A DNA stretch of 57,561 bases from Guillardia theta CCMP2712 (lineage: Eukaryota; Protista; Cryptophyta): contig NW_005434443.1 in NCBI RefSeq assembly GCF_000315625.1, positions 1 to 57,561 on the forward strand. Direction: 5' to 3'. Below are positions 9,239-18,677 of the stretch, piece by piece. Every line of letters begins with the position of its first letter. Positions within the stretch are counted from its first letter, which is position 1. Under the pieces are notes generated by a model. That model did no database searches and was not told where the DNA came from. It worked only from the letters and a program-made list of their open reading frames with translations. Position numbers and translations under genes: made by a program.

Positions 9239-11344
9239 TTAGAGCTGAGAGGCAACCTCTCCCTCTTGGTTGCCACTCTCCTCTTCCATCTCCAGTCCCA
9301 TCTCCTCCTCTGCCTTGCTCAAGAGAAACTCAATTTCGTCTCCCGAGCCTACGCTGCCTTGGTAGGTTAGCGTGGCTGTGAGAACTAATTTATTCAGGGC
9401 AAGAAACAACAAGTCAGTTCGAAATTCTTTTTGTTGTTTCTCCCCTCCTCTCCCTGTTGCTTTTGCAAAGGCTCCCTGGCGTCTTCTTGATGCTACCGTC
9501 TCCCACGCATGCTGCTCGCTTACTCTTGCAATCTTACTCTTCAAAACTTGCATGTCGTCGTCCTGGGTTGCCGAGGATGATTCCGCCCATTCCTTCAGCG
9601 TCGGAAAACATGCATTTCCAGGAGATGACAAGCTGTCGTACAGGCCGACGATGGCTCCATCGAGCCTGAGTTTGCAAGCTTGGTTTTCTGCACTCTGTCC
9701 CTGGTTGACAGTCTCCTCCAGAACTTTGTAGATGTCTTCGAGGACCACGTTTGCCTCTGGTTCTGGGATGTTGATCTCATTCTCGATCCGTTCGAGATCT
9801 ACCTGTGCCCACAGAGGCTCCGTGGGGGATTCTGTAGCGATCGCTTCCCAAAGGTTGGCACTGCCTGGCTCTAGGAGAAGAAGTTTCCCCGCCCTGTCCC
9901 ATGGCGCAAAGGACCTGAGTATGTCGATCGCCGTTTCTTTTTCTGAGAAGCTGAGCACTAGATGTTCACCGTTCCAGCTGTTGGTCTCGACATCTTCCTT
10001 CGAGGAGATCTTGACGATGTGCTCAGCCGCTGACTCCTTCCAGCTCGCCACGATCCGTCTCAGTCCTCGAATTGTCATGCCCATAGAGAGATCCTCCCCG
10101 TCGCAGATCTGTTCAGCTTCCTCTCTGGTGAACCTTCCCTTCTGTGCTTTACTCTTGACCAGCACCTCATAGGTCACTCTTCGTGGTACTGCTCCTAGCG
10201 CGTCGGGCAAGAAGTCCAACCTAATTGGATGCTGTCTCGTTACCCTGGTGATTGCACTAACCTGAGTAGTGAACCATTTGAGGATCTTTTCATCTTCCGA
10301 CATCAGTCCGAGGTGTATGCCTCCTCCATTCCTGTCGTCTCCCTCAAACATCCGTAGCGTGGTGCTCAGGACGTCCGTCGAAGAGCATCTCGCAATCCAA
10401 TCGATCTCTCTTCCTTGTCGTATCTCGTCCACTCCGGCTGCTGCGAAAGTGCGTTTGTTGGGCTGACCTTGAGGTCTCCTCTTCGTCTTGACCTCTAGCT
10501 GCATGCCCGCTTCCGGCTGCACCTCCAACACAGCTATTCCTTGTTGCAGCAGGTGTTGACGATAGATCTCCGTAATCCCAGCTGAGTTCATGCCATTCAT
10601 CTTGAGGAGGTGAGAGAACTCAGCTAGGGCCCCCGCCTTGCCAGAGTGCTTATCCTTCTGTGGCCTTATCTTGAAGGAGCAAGGATGCTTCGAATGCGCG
10701 TTCACCGCGCGGATCATCTTTCCGTCGATCCTGAAGTTCGTCTGTCCTTTCCACAGCAGTTCTGCTGCGTCGTTCAATTGGAGTGTTGCCACGACTGGGA
10801 TTTCATCCACTGTCGGAATCAAATCTTTCTTGATCGGGGCTCTCCACGAGATGCATTTCTTGCCCTGCTCCTCGTGCACCAAGAGTCCTTGATCCTTCAA
10901 CTTCTCACACAGTACCTCAACTTGTTTTATGTACTGGGTAGGAACTCCGAGGATAGCCATGGTAATCAGTTTACCACTCTCGGGGGACGCTCCTGAAGCA
11001 TCGATGCAGGCACTCTTGTCTAGTACCTCCTGTTTGTCTGCGTTCCATGCAGAGACATACCACGACTGTCCTTCTTCCCCCCATTCTTTGATGGCATCCT
11101 CCTGGCTCCTGACTTCAGCATGTTTGCAGGTCTGTCGAATGGCTTCGGCTAAGGCGTTCATCGAGACTTCCTTGGACTGCAAGGCTCTGCCTGTCCTGCT
11201 CTGAGGGTACTGCCTGACGAAGTGTTCCAATCTTCGGATCAGCTCTCCTAGCGAAGGTGCTGAAGGTGTCGTGTCCTTGTTTAGGAACTGGGAAACTCGG
11301 ACACGAGCAATCTGTTTCCTTTCCTCTTTGGATAGATACCACAT
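9239..11344 (-). CDS. Retroelement ORF1 (about 700 aa, no recognisable domain)
   Basis: Long ORF that stops 9 nt before the ORF2 ATG. First ATG is at 11344 (the track starts at a TTG, 11350). Homologous to the family B and C ORFs. Confidence 0.85.
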   Translation of the reverse strand: MWYLSKEERKQIARVRVSQFLNKDTTPSAPSLGELIRRLEHFVRQYPQSRTGRALQSKEVSMNALAEAIRQTCKHAEVRSQEDAIKEWGEEGQSWYVSAWNADKQEVLDKSACIDASGASPESGKLITMAILGVPTQYIKQVEVLCEKLKDQGLLVHEEQGKKCISWRAPIKKDLIPTVDEIPVVATLQLNDAAELLWKGQTNFRIDGKMIRAVNAHSKHPCSFKIRPQKDKHSGKAGALAEFSHLLKMNGMNSAGITEIYRQHLLQQGIAVLEVQPEAGMQLEVKTKRRPQGQPNKRTFAAAGVDEIRQGREIDWIARCSSTDVLSTTLRMFEGDDRNGGGIHLGLMSEDEKILKWFTTQVSAITRVTRQHPIRLDFLPDALGAVPRRVTYEVLVKSKAQKGRFTREEAEQICDGEDLSMGMTIRGLRRIVASWKESAAEHIVKISSKEDVETNSWNGEHLVLSFSEKETAIDILRSFAPWDRAGKLLLLEPGSANLWEAIATESPTEPLWAQVDLERIENEINIPEPEANVVLEDIYKVLEETVNQGQSAENQACKLRLDGAIVGLYDSLSSPGNACFPTLKEWAESSSATQDDDMQVLKSKIARVSEQHAWETVASRRRQGAFAKATGRGGEKQQKEFRTDLLFLALNKLVLTATLTYQGSVGSGDEIEFLLSKAEEEMGLEMEEESGNQEGEVASQL

Positions 11345-11430
11345 GATCAAACAACCGTTTCTGCACAGAAAAATGTCCTGTTCAGCACCCTAGCTCGCAG
11401 GGATCCCCTCAAACTGCAGGGGAGGAGAGC

Positions 11431-12271
11431 ATGTCTGTTACTCCAGCGGCCTGTCTGTTACTCCAGCGGCCTGTCTGTTACTCCAGCGGCCTGTCTGTTA
11501 CTCCAGCGGCCTGTCTGTTACTCCAGCGGCCTGTCTGTTACTCCAGCGGCCTGTCTGTTACTCCAGCGGCCTGTCTGTTACTCCAGCGGCCTGTCTGTTA
11601 CTCCAGCGGCCTGTCTGTTACTCCAGCGGCCTGTCTGTTACTCCAGCGGCCTGTCTGTTACTCCAGCGGCCTGTCTGTTACTCCAGCGGCCTGTCTGTTA
11701 CTCCAGCGGCCTGTCTGTTACTCCAGCGGCCTGTCTGTTACTCCAGCGGCCTGTCTGTTACTCCAGCGGCCTGTCTGTTACTCCAGCGGCCTGTCTGTTA
11801 CTCCAGCGGCCTGTCTGTTACTCCAGCGGCCTGTCTGTTACTCCAGCGGCCTGTCTGTTACTCCAGCGGCCTGTCTGTTACTCCAGCGGCCTGTCTGTTA
11901 CTCCAGCGGCCTGTCTGTTACTCCAGCGGCCTGTCTGTTACTCCAGCGGCCTGTCTGTTACTCCAGCGGCCTGTCTGTTACTCCAGCGGCCTGTCTGTTA
12001 CTCCAGCGGCCTGTCTGTTACTCCAGCGGCCTGTCTGTTACTCCAGCGGCCTGTCTGTTACTCCAGCGGCCTGTCTGTTACTCCAGCGGCCTGTCTGTTA
12101 CTCCAGCGGCCTGTCTGTTACTCCAGCGGCCTGTCTGTTACTCCAGCGGCCTGTCTGTTACTCCAGCGGCCTGTCTGTTACTCCAGCGGCCTGTCTGTTA
12201 CTCCAGCGGCCTGTCTGTTACTCCAGCGGCCTGTCTGTTACTCCAGCGGCCTGCTCTGTTACTCCAGCGGC
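11431..12271. repeat. 20-bp tandem array (CTGTCTGTTACTCCAGCGGC) x41 plus one 21-bp variant; 5' end of element A
   Basis: Near-perfect repeats from 11431 to 12250 and a variant unit at 12251-12271. No spacers. Confidence 0.98.
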
Positions 12272-12273
12272 CT

Positions 12274-12308
12274 CCTAAACCCTAAACCCTAAACCCTAAA
12301 CCCTAAAC
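12274..12308. repeat. Telomeric repeat tract (CCCTAAA)5
   Basis: Read directly. Confidence 0.97.
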
Positions 12309-14123
12309 TCCAGGCTCCCCGGAGAGTAGAACGTGTCGTGGAGGTTGCCAACGGCCTTGTCCAGGACCAGCTTGATCGGCTCGCTCGTCCCTGCCTCGTT
12401 CAAAGAAGCTGCATCTTCGATGACTGCTGACAGCTCGCTGACGAGCTGCATGTCCTCTTGGCTTGACGGAGATGCTGCCTCCATTGTGATCCTCTCCAGG
12501 TCTGTAAACTCCAGCCACTCTCCCTCGCTCTCCTCCTGTCGCTGCGCTGCGTCGCTGGTGCCCCGCTGACCAGCCGCCTCAGAGTCAGGCTCCTTGTCGA
12601 AGCCGACTGCTTCGAGCTTGGTGGCTGCGCCTTCGAGATAGAAGGGCAGCTCCTTCATCATGCGTCGAGCATCCTCCGTGGAGCCGAGGAGGATGCATAG
12701 CTTAGACCCGTTCCAGGACTTGGTGTTCAAATCCTCCTCCATGTCGATGCCTTCAACTTTGATCTCGAGCCTGTTAGCGATCTCCAACAAGACTCTCTTG
12801 ACTCTTGCGATGGACGTGTTGCCGCCGTTGCACAGCCCCTCCATCTCCTTCCTCGTGAAGCGACCAGATGCCGCCGTCGACTTGATGATGATCTTGATCT
12901 CCTTGCCGTCCTTGCCGCCTGCCTTCTTCTGCATCCTTGATGCCTTCTTCAACTTATTTCTGGACACAAAGCGATCAGCTGTCAACTCGACTGCGAGCGC
13001 CTCTCTGATCTTCGGGTCCTCGCTGAACAGAGTCAGGTGTACTCCCTCCATCGCTTCGCTCTCTCGGAAAGCTCGAAATGCTGTATCATTCGCCTCTGGG
13101 CAGCTCGAGGAGACGATCCACTCCACCTCCCTCTGTCTCCAGATGACGTTGGCCCCTACAGCGATGAAGCCTTTCTGACCTAAGCCTTTGTGGACTTGCT
13201 GTCCTGGCGCCCCAGCGACCAGCATGCCTGCCAGCGGCTGGAGCTGTACCGCTGCAAGGGACTGGCGCAGCAGCTGATAGCGATAGACGGCAGCTATCTC
13301 AGCCGTTGTCATGCCGCCCAAGGTTAGCAGGTGAGTCAGCTCTGCCAAGCTGCCCCCTTTGCCCCAGGGTCCTCTCTTGGCTCGAATCTTGAAAGATCGA
13401 TCGTGCACGATGCTCACATGTACAGCTGTGAACTTGCGACCATCAATCGCGAAGTCCTCTCTTCCCTGCCAGAGCTTCTCCGCTTGTGCATTGCGGAGGA
13501 AGGAAACAGTCACCGGGATCTCCTCAGCACTCGCTATCTCGGGTCTATACGGAGCCTTCCACATGATTGCTTTACTCTCTTGCACTGAGTCTACGATCAG
13601 TCCGATCTCTTCGAATTTCTTCTTCAGCTTTTCTTCATGGTTGACATACACCGAGGAGATGCCCAGGAGAGTCATGGAGATGAAGGAAGTCACCTCGTTG
13701 CCTGCTGAGGCGGTGTATGTCTCGACCTTCTCCTTCTTGCTTGCAAAAGCTCACGTCGTGCCTGCTGACATGTCGAGCGGATGGCTTCTGCGATAGCGTC
13801 GGGGGTGCATCCCTCCACAGCCTTGCAAGCCTGGGCTGTCCTGCTGTTCGGATGACGCTTCGCGAAGCTCTTCACCCTCTCGACGAGATCAGCTTCGAGG
13901 ACAGAGGCATCCACAAGTCCGCTCTGCGTGTATTGGCATGATCTCCGATACAGCAGGTTGCGAACATTTTCATCATACTGAAGAACCATACTTAGAAAGC
14001 TATTTGAAGTATACAAACCTCTCGCTTGCAGCTTCCTTGGCGCCCTGGCAGCTTCCCCTACACCACGCGTGCAGCCATGGTGCCTGAAATAACCGGCGCT
14101 CGTGCCTGAAATAACCGGCGCTC
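12309..14123 (-). mobile_element. Family B element, 3'-truncated within ORF1; ORF1 is frameshifted by a 61-bp deletion
   Basis: ORFs 13690-14016 and 12296-13693 are two pieces of one ORF1. Bases equivalent to 721-781 are missing at 13739/13740. The 5' end has a 22-bp repeat x2 (14080-14123). The ORF runs directly into telomeric repeats. Confidence 0.88.
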
Positions 14124-14151
14124 TAAACCCTAAACCCTAAACCCTAAACCC
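14123..14151. repeat. Telomeric repeat tract (CCCTAAA)4
   Basis: Read directly. Confidence 0.97.
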
Positions 14152-14565
14152 AATCTGCTGCATAAACCACTCTCTGGATGCGTCACTCCATCCAATCATT
14201 GCTTCTTGTAGAAGCTCACGTCGTGCCTGCTGACATGTCGAGCGGATGGCTTCTGCGATAGCGTCGGGGGTGCATCCCTCCACAGCCTTGCAAGCCTGGG
14301 CTGTCCTGCTGTTCGGATGACGCTTCGCGAAGCTCTTCACCCTCTCGACGAGATCAGCTTCGAGGACAGAGGCATCCACAAGTCCGCTCTGCGTGTATTG
14401 GCATGATCTCCGATACAGCAGGTTGCGAACATTTTCATCATACTGAAGAACCATACTTAGAAAGCTATTTGAAGTATACAAACCTCTCGCTTGCAGCTTC
14501 CTTGGCGCCCTGGCGGCTTCCCCTACACCTGGCAAGGAGCCATGCTGCCGAAAATAACCGGCGCT
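14152..14565 (-). mobile_element. Family B element, 5' ~410 bp only (3'-truncated)
   Basis: Nearly identical to ~729-1140, has a single 5' repeat unit, and is bounded by telomeric tracts. Confidence 0.88.
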
Positions 14566-14619
14566 CCTAAACCCTAAACCCTAAACCCTAAAACCCTAAA
14601 CCCTAAACCCTAAACCCTA
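14566..14619. repeat. Telomeric repeat tract, ~7.5 units including one CCCTAAAA variant
   Basis: Read directly. Confidence 0.97.
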
Positions 14620-14945
14620 GACACTCCTGCTCGAGCGCATTAGTCGCTGCTGCCCTTGGAGAGAAGGCGCTACCCCTCCTCGCTGCCTTGTTCCCTTGCA
14701 CCCGTGTCCAGCGCTGCTCGCCGAGGTACGCTCTGAGCTTTTCTTTCAACATGTTTCGCTTCGATCCCAGCGTCGGCGTGGCTGCCCAAGCTCCGAGCGT
14801 CATGAACTCCACGTTGCCCGGCGAGCAGAAGGTGTCATGCAGCTTGCCAACACTCTTGTCTAGCTCCAGAGAGATCGGCTTGCCAGCTAGCAGCTCCTCC
14901 TCTGATGTCTCCAAGAGCATCGTCGAGAGGTCGAGCAAGACCTGA
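14620..14945 (-). mobile_element. Internal ORF1 fragment of a third related family (C), truncated at both ends
   Basis: ISLELDKSVGKLHDTFCSPGNVEFMTLGAWA aligns with family B IKLVLDKAVGNLHDTFYSPGSLEF and family A LRLDGAIVGLYDSLSSPGNACFPTLKEWA. Confidence 0.82.
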
Positions 14946-14992
14946 CCTAAACCCTAAACCCTAAACCCTAAACCCTAAACCCTAAACCCTAA
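14946..14992. repeat. Innermost telomeric repeat tract (CCCTAAA)~6.5; boundary to unique sequence
   Basis: Read directly. No further telomeric tracts were seen downstream. Confidence 0.97.
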
Positions 14993-16695
14993 GGAGAGGC
15001 GAGTACCCCCGTGACTACTGCTGTGGGCACGTGTGCGGTATGAGTCTTTGGACTTGAGGGCGCCGGCGGGCAACAGGCCAGTCTTTGGGGGGACCATGCT
15101 GATTCTTTCTATTTCGGTGTGAAGATTTTCAATGAAGGTGAAGGAGCTGGAGGTAGAAGAAACATCATGAAGTACTGTAGAAGTACCATCAAGTAAGAAT
15201 TCACAACAAAGAATGGGAAAACAACTTTATCACACTAATGATTTTTCCGATTAAAAAGAGCTTGAGGCATGCTTTAAGTACACAAGATATGAGTAGCGCT
15301 GCCTCTCGCAGACTGTTCCTGGAACCTTGCTTCTTAGTCCAAGCTCTAGGTAAAAGTTCACTTCATTCCCTTTCTTCCTTACTGGACTACAGAAGATTAC
15401 CTGGCATGTCCATGCTGTCGGTTCGAAGAGTTCGCACAAGTAAGAACCGAGGAGAAGTTAAAACTGATCAAACCAGTGGAGGTATGACTTGTTTCAACCC
15501 AAATTGAATATCGACTTGCGGTCAGAGTACATGAGTAAAGGATTTAGTGTCGAGGTATGAGAGGCGAGGTAGAGGTGCAAGGTAGAGAGGTTGAGGTGTA
15601 GGATAAGAGAGGTAGAAGAGTAAGAGATAAGCGTTAGAGGTGCGATGTAGGGCAGAAGAGGAATTTGTGTAGGGTATGAGAGAGGATGTTTTAGTGACGC
15701 CTTCGATGTAACAGGAGCAGCTACAGTTTGTTGTGCATGAGCAGGCAAGATGGTGTCCACGTTCAACATTCGTGCTCGAGGAGGTCAGCGCACATCTCGT
15801 GCGTTTCGTGCTGCTTGCATTGAAAAACTTTTAGGAAGCCTGGCGAGAGTTTGACGCGTCCAGTAATGTCTCGTTGCATGTGACAGGTGCTTTGACCTGT
15901 GTAATGGGACGAGATCAAGACTTGATCAAGACTTGATGCAGCATACAACGCCGAGAGTGATACAGCGTACAATGCTGACAGTGACGGCATGGACGACAAT
16001 TGCCCGTCAGTAGATGTCAATGAGGACAAAGCAAGCATTCATCTTCTTAGGAAGCACAAGAAACTGTGGTGTAGAGAGAAAGGCGTAATTGATTGCTTGC
16101 TCGTTGAGCAGGAGCAAAGTGACTCTGCAAGGTGACTTGCTGGCACAACTTGTGTATTTTGACTTGATATGCAGAGGTTGGAATAGCGAGGAGGACGCGC
16201 GATCTGAGGAAAGCAGTTGGGAACAAAGGAGCACGAGCAGCGAGATTGCCCATGGCAGTCGGCATGATAGTGATGAGATTGCCTATGACAGTCGGCATGA
16301 CAAGGATGCTGCGGATGGAGTGATTGAAAACATTGACGATGAGAGCCTGGGATTGATTATCGACGGTCTACAGGTACAACCTAACGGTCATGTTGTACAA
16401 CCTAACGGTCATGTTGCTTCTCAATTGACGGGTGTAGGTTGTGGACTCTGATCCCGAAGCCTCTTGCGTGTCAGAGGACCAGAGCGACGCCTTGCTTGCT
16501 GTAAGGGGGTCAGGGCCTGAAGAACAAGAAGAGAGCATCAAGCAAAGTTGATTCCCGTATTCATACAACCAGACAGAAACTTAAAAACTGCAAACTCGCG
16601 GACAAGAATTTTACGTATTTTCTTTGGGATCCTAGGGACAAGACAGCTACTGAAGGATTGAAAGCTCACTAGACAGCTCCTGGAGGCTTGGAAAC

Positions 16696-18677
16696 TCAAG
16701 CGAGAACTTTTGTGCAAGCCTGCAAAAGATTGAGATGCGGCATGAGCAATTGGCTGTTCACCTTCAAGACAACGACAGTGGCTCCCAGAAGTCCGAGGAA
16801 AGTTCCCAGCCCGATCAGCCCGCCAGCGACATGATAGTCCAACCCTAGCAAGCGTCAACCATGCTCGTGTCTGCAAGAGAAGCAACAGCGCAGACCGAGT
16901 GAGCTCGACGAGTCAGCCTTGGCAAGCTGCCTCTTGGCCCCGCGAAACATCATGCTGCAGTCAAGCGTCTCAACGTCAAGAACAGACACGTGGTTTGATT
17001 TGGCTCACCTGGGAAAGACGTAGATAACAAACGATCCCAGCAGTGCTCCAAGAAAGCTCACAACGACACCCAAATCGCGCAAAATCTTGACTCATGCGTC
17101 AAATATCAAGAGGAGGCGAAAACGAGAGCACCATGGATCCAGCACAGACAGAGGCTATGAAGACGCAAGCTATGACATCCTTGAGCTTCTGGGTCGGCTC
17201 CTTCACTTTCATGAACTCCAAGATGCTCGTGCGAAACCCATCAAATGTTAAGGCGTAACCGAGCAGAATCGAAGAACCGATTGCACCTCTGTAAAAACAT
17301 CATTGCATGAAGAGAGTCAACCAGCAAGTGCACCGCGAGATAGTTGCGAGCAAGTCAGAGGTTGCATAGTTGTTGAGAATGAGGCCATATGACATTCCTC
17401 CAAAGGTGAGGAAGCCAGCAACCATGTAGATCGCATTCATCAGGAATGCTCCAAAGAACGACGAGTACGTCAAAGTATCGAACCTAGAAAGTATCAACTG
17501 ACAAGCCATCAGGGCATTGCTTCCGTCGCACCTCTTGCGCGTCGCGTCCTTAAGCTCCCGCAGAAACTTGGGGGCATTGTAGTGGCACAGATAGCTGTTA
17601 GTCAACATGGAGATGAGAATCAAGCTCTTGATCAGCTTCGTTCCCATCACGTCGAAGGATGACACAACAACATTCTTGCCGCCAGTTGCAACAAGCTGAT
17701 TGAAGAAGACACCGCCAGGGGCATAAGAGCCCTCGACAAGACGCAGAATCATGAAGAATGCTGTGAACAAAAGACCTCCGATGCCGAGGAAGCTGGCGTA
17801 AGAGAGGAAAGTGAAGGATCTGAGAAGGCACAACGGGAGAAGACCAAACAGGTGAGCAACGAGGAGGATGGAGTTACGATTGACAGCAACTCCTGCGACT
17901 TGTGACACACCAGCGGTGATCGCAAGGTCAGAGAACAGATCGCCGATGATCATGGAATAAATCAGGCACGCTGACCAAGTCTTGAACACCACGATGAGGT
18001 TTGGAATCCAGGCAGTTGACTCGCCAACGGTTTTGGCCCAGCCCTCGCTAGGGACGAAGGATCAGGGACGGGCTGGGACAAGGGAAGAGAAGGGGAATGA
18101 ACAACTCACGTGTAGCTCTTCGCTCCAGTCATCTCGCATACTTTCCCGATCATCGCAAAGCAGTATCCCGCGATAGCGGCAAAAGTGAAGGCGATCCCCA
18201 ACGCCAGCACCAAAGTCTGCCGCTGATCCGAGAAGGCAGCGACGCCTCCAGCCAAACAGAGAACACCTGAGCCAACCTGTGCAGCAACGATCAGAGAGAG
18301 CAGAAGAAGAGGATGGCTACAATGTTCTTGATTAAGTTGCTCACGCATCCTCCCATCGGAGTGTCTCCTGGCTGCCATCCTGCTGGCAGCATGCTTCTTG
18401 AAGAGCCATCGCTAGCAGCACTGGAAGACGCTTGCGTCTGAACGAGCGAAGCCTGCTTCCTCTTCACAATGCTCGACGTGAACGAGCCCTCATTGGCACG
18501 GAGAGAATGAGAGATTCCATTCGTTGTGGAAGCGTGCCTGATGGCACTATTGCATGCTGAAGCCCTGACGCCTCGAACAGAGGTAGGCAGTTGCAGAGGA
18601 TGGAAGGCAAAGGCCCAACACTTGTGAATCAGGCAGAGCGTAAAGCAGACGCGCAGGAAGTACTCGCGAGACTGCAT
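16696..18677 (-). CDS. Amino-acid transporter (Aa_trans/AAAP family), multi-exon, with a bipartite plastid-targeting presequence
   Basis: NLIKNIVGSGVLCLAGG, LLPLCLLRSFTFLSYASFLG, SYLCHYNAPKF, GFLTFG...ILNNY, LGVVVSFLGALLGSFVIYVFP. The N-terminus is MQSREY...HKCWA-FAF. The first ORF is on the minus strand although the track labels it +. Confidence 0.85.

Larger units (their letters stand above)
1208..12273 (-). mobile_element. Apparently full-length ~11 kb non-LTR retrotransposon (family A), Dualen/RandI-like dual-endonuclease LINE inserted in telomeric repeats
   Basis: Telomeric tracts on both sides. Contains a 5' tandem array, ORF1, ORF2 (protease-APE-RT), ORF3 (CCHC plus RLE), a 3' UTR with AATAAA and an (ACT)n tail. 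Confidence 0.92.

Noticed and set aside
11431-12285. CRISPR array, or the 284-aa ORF over the 20-bp repeat
   Set aside because: The repeats are contiguous with no spacers, there are no cas genes and the context is eukaryotic. The ORF exists only because the repeat lacks stops.
1185-12308. Target-site duplication around element A
   Set aside because: It cannot be distinguished because both flanks are the same 7-bp repeat.
18291-18677. ORF track lists this 128-aa ORF on the + strand
   Set aside because: MQSREY... is the reverse complement of 18660-18677 (..TACTCGCGAGACTGCAT), so it is on the minus strand and is exon 1 of the transporter.
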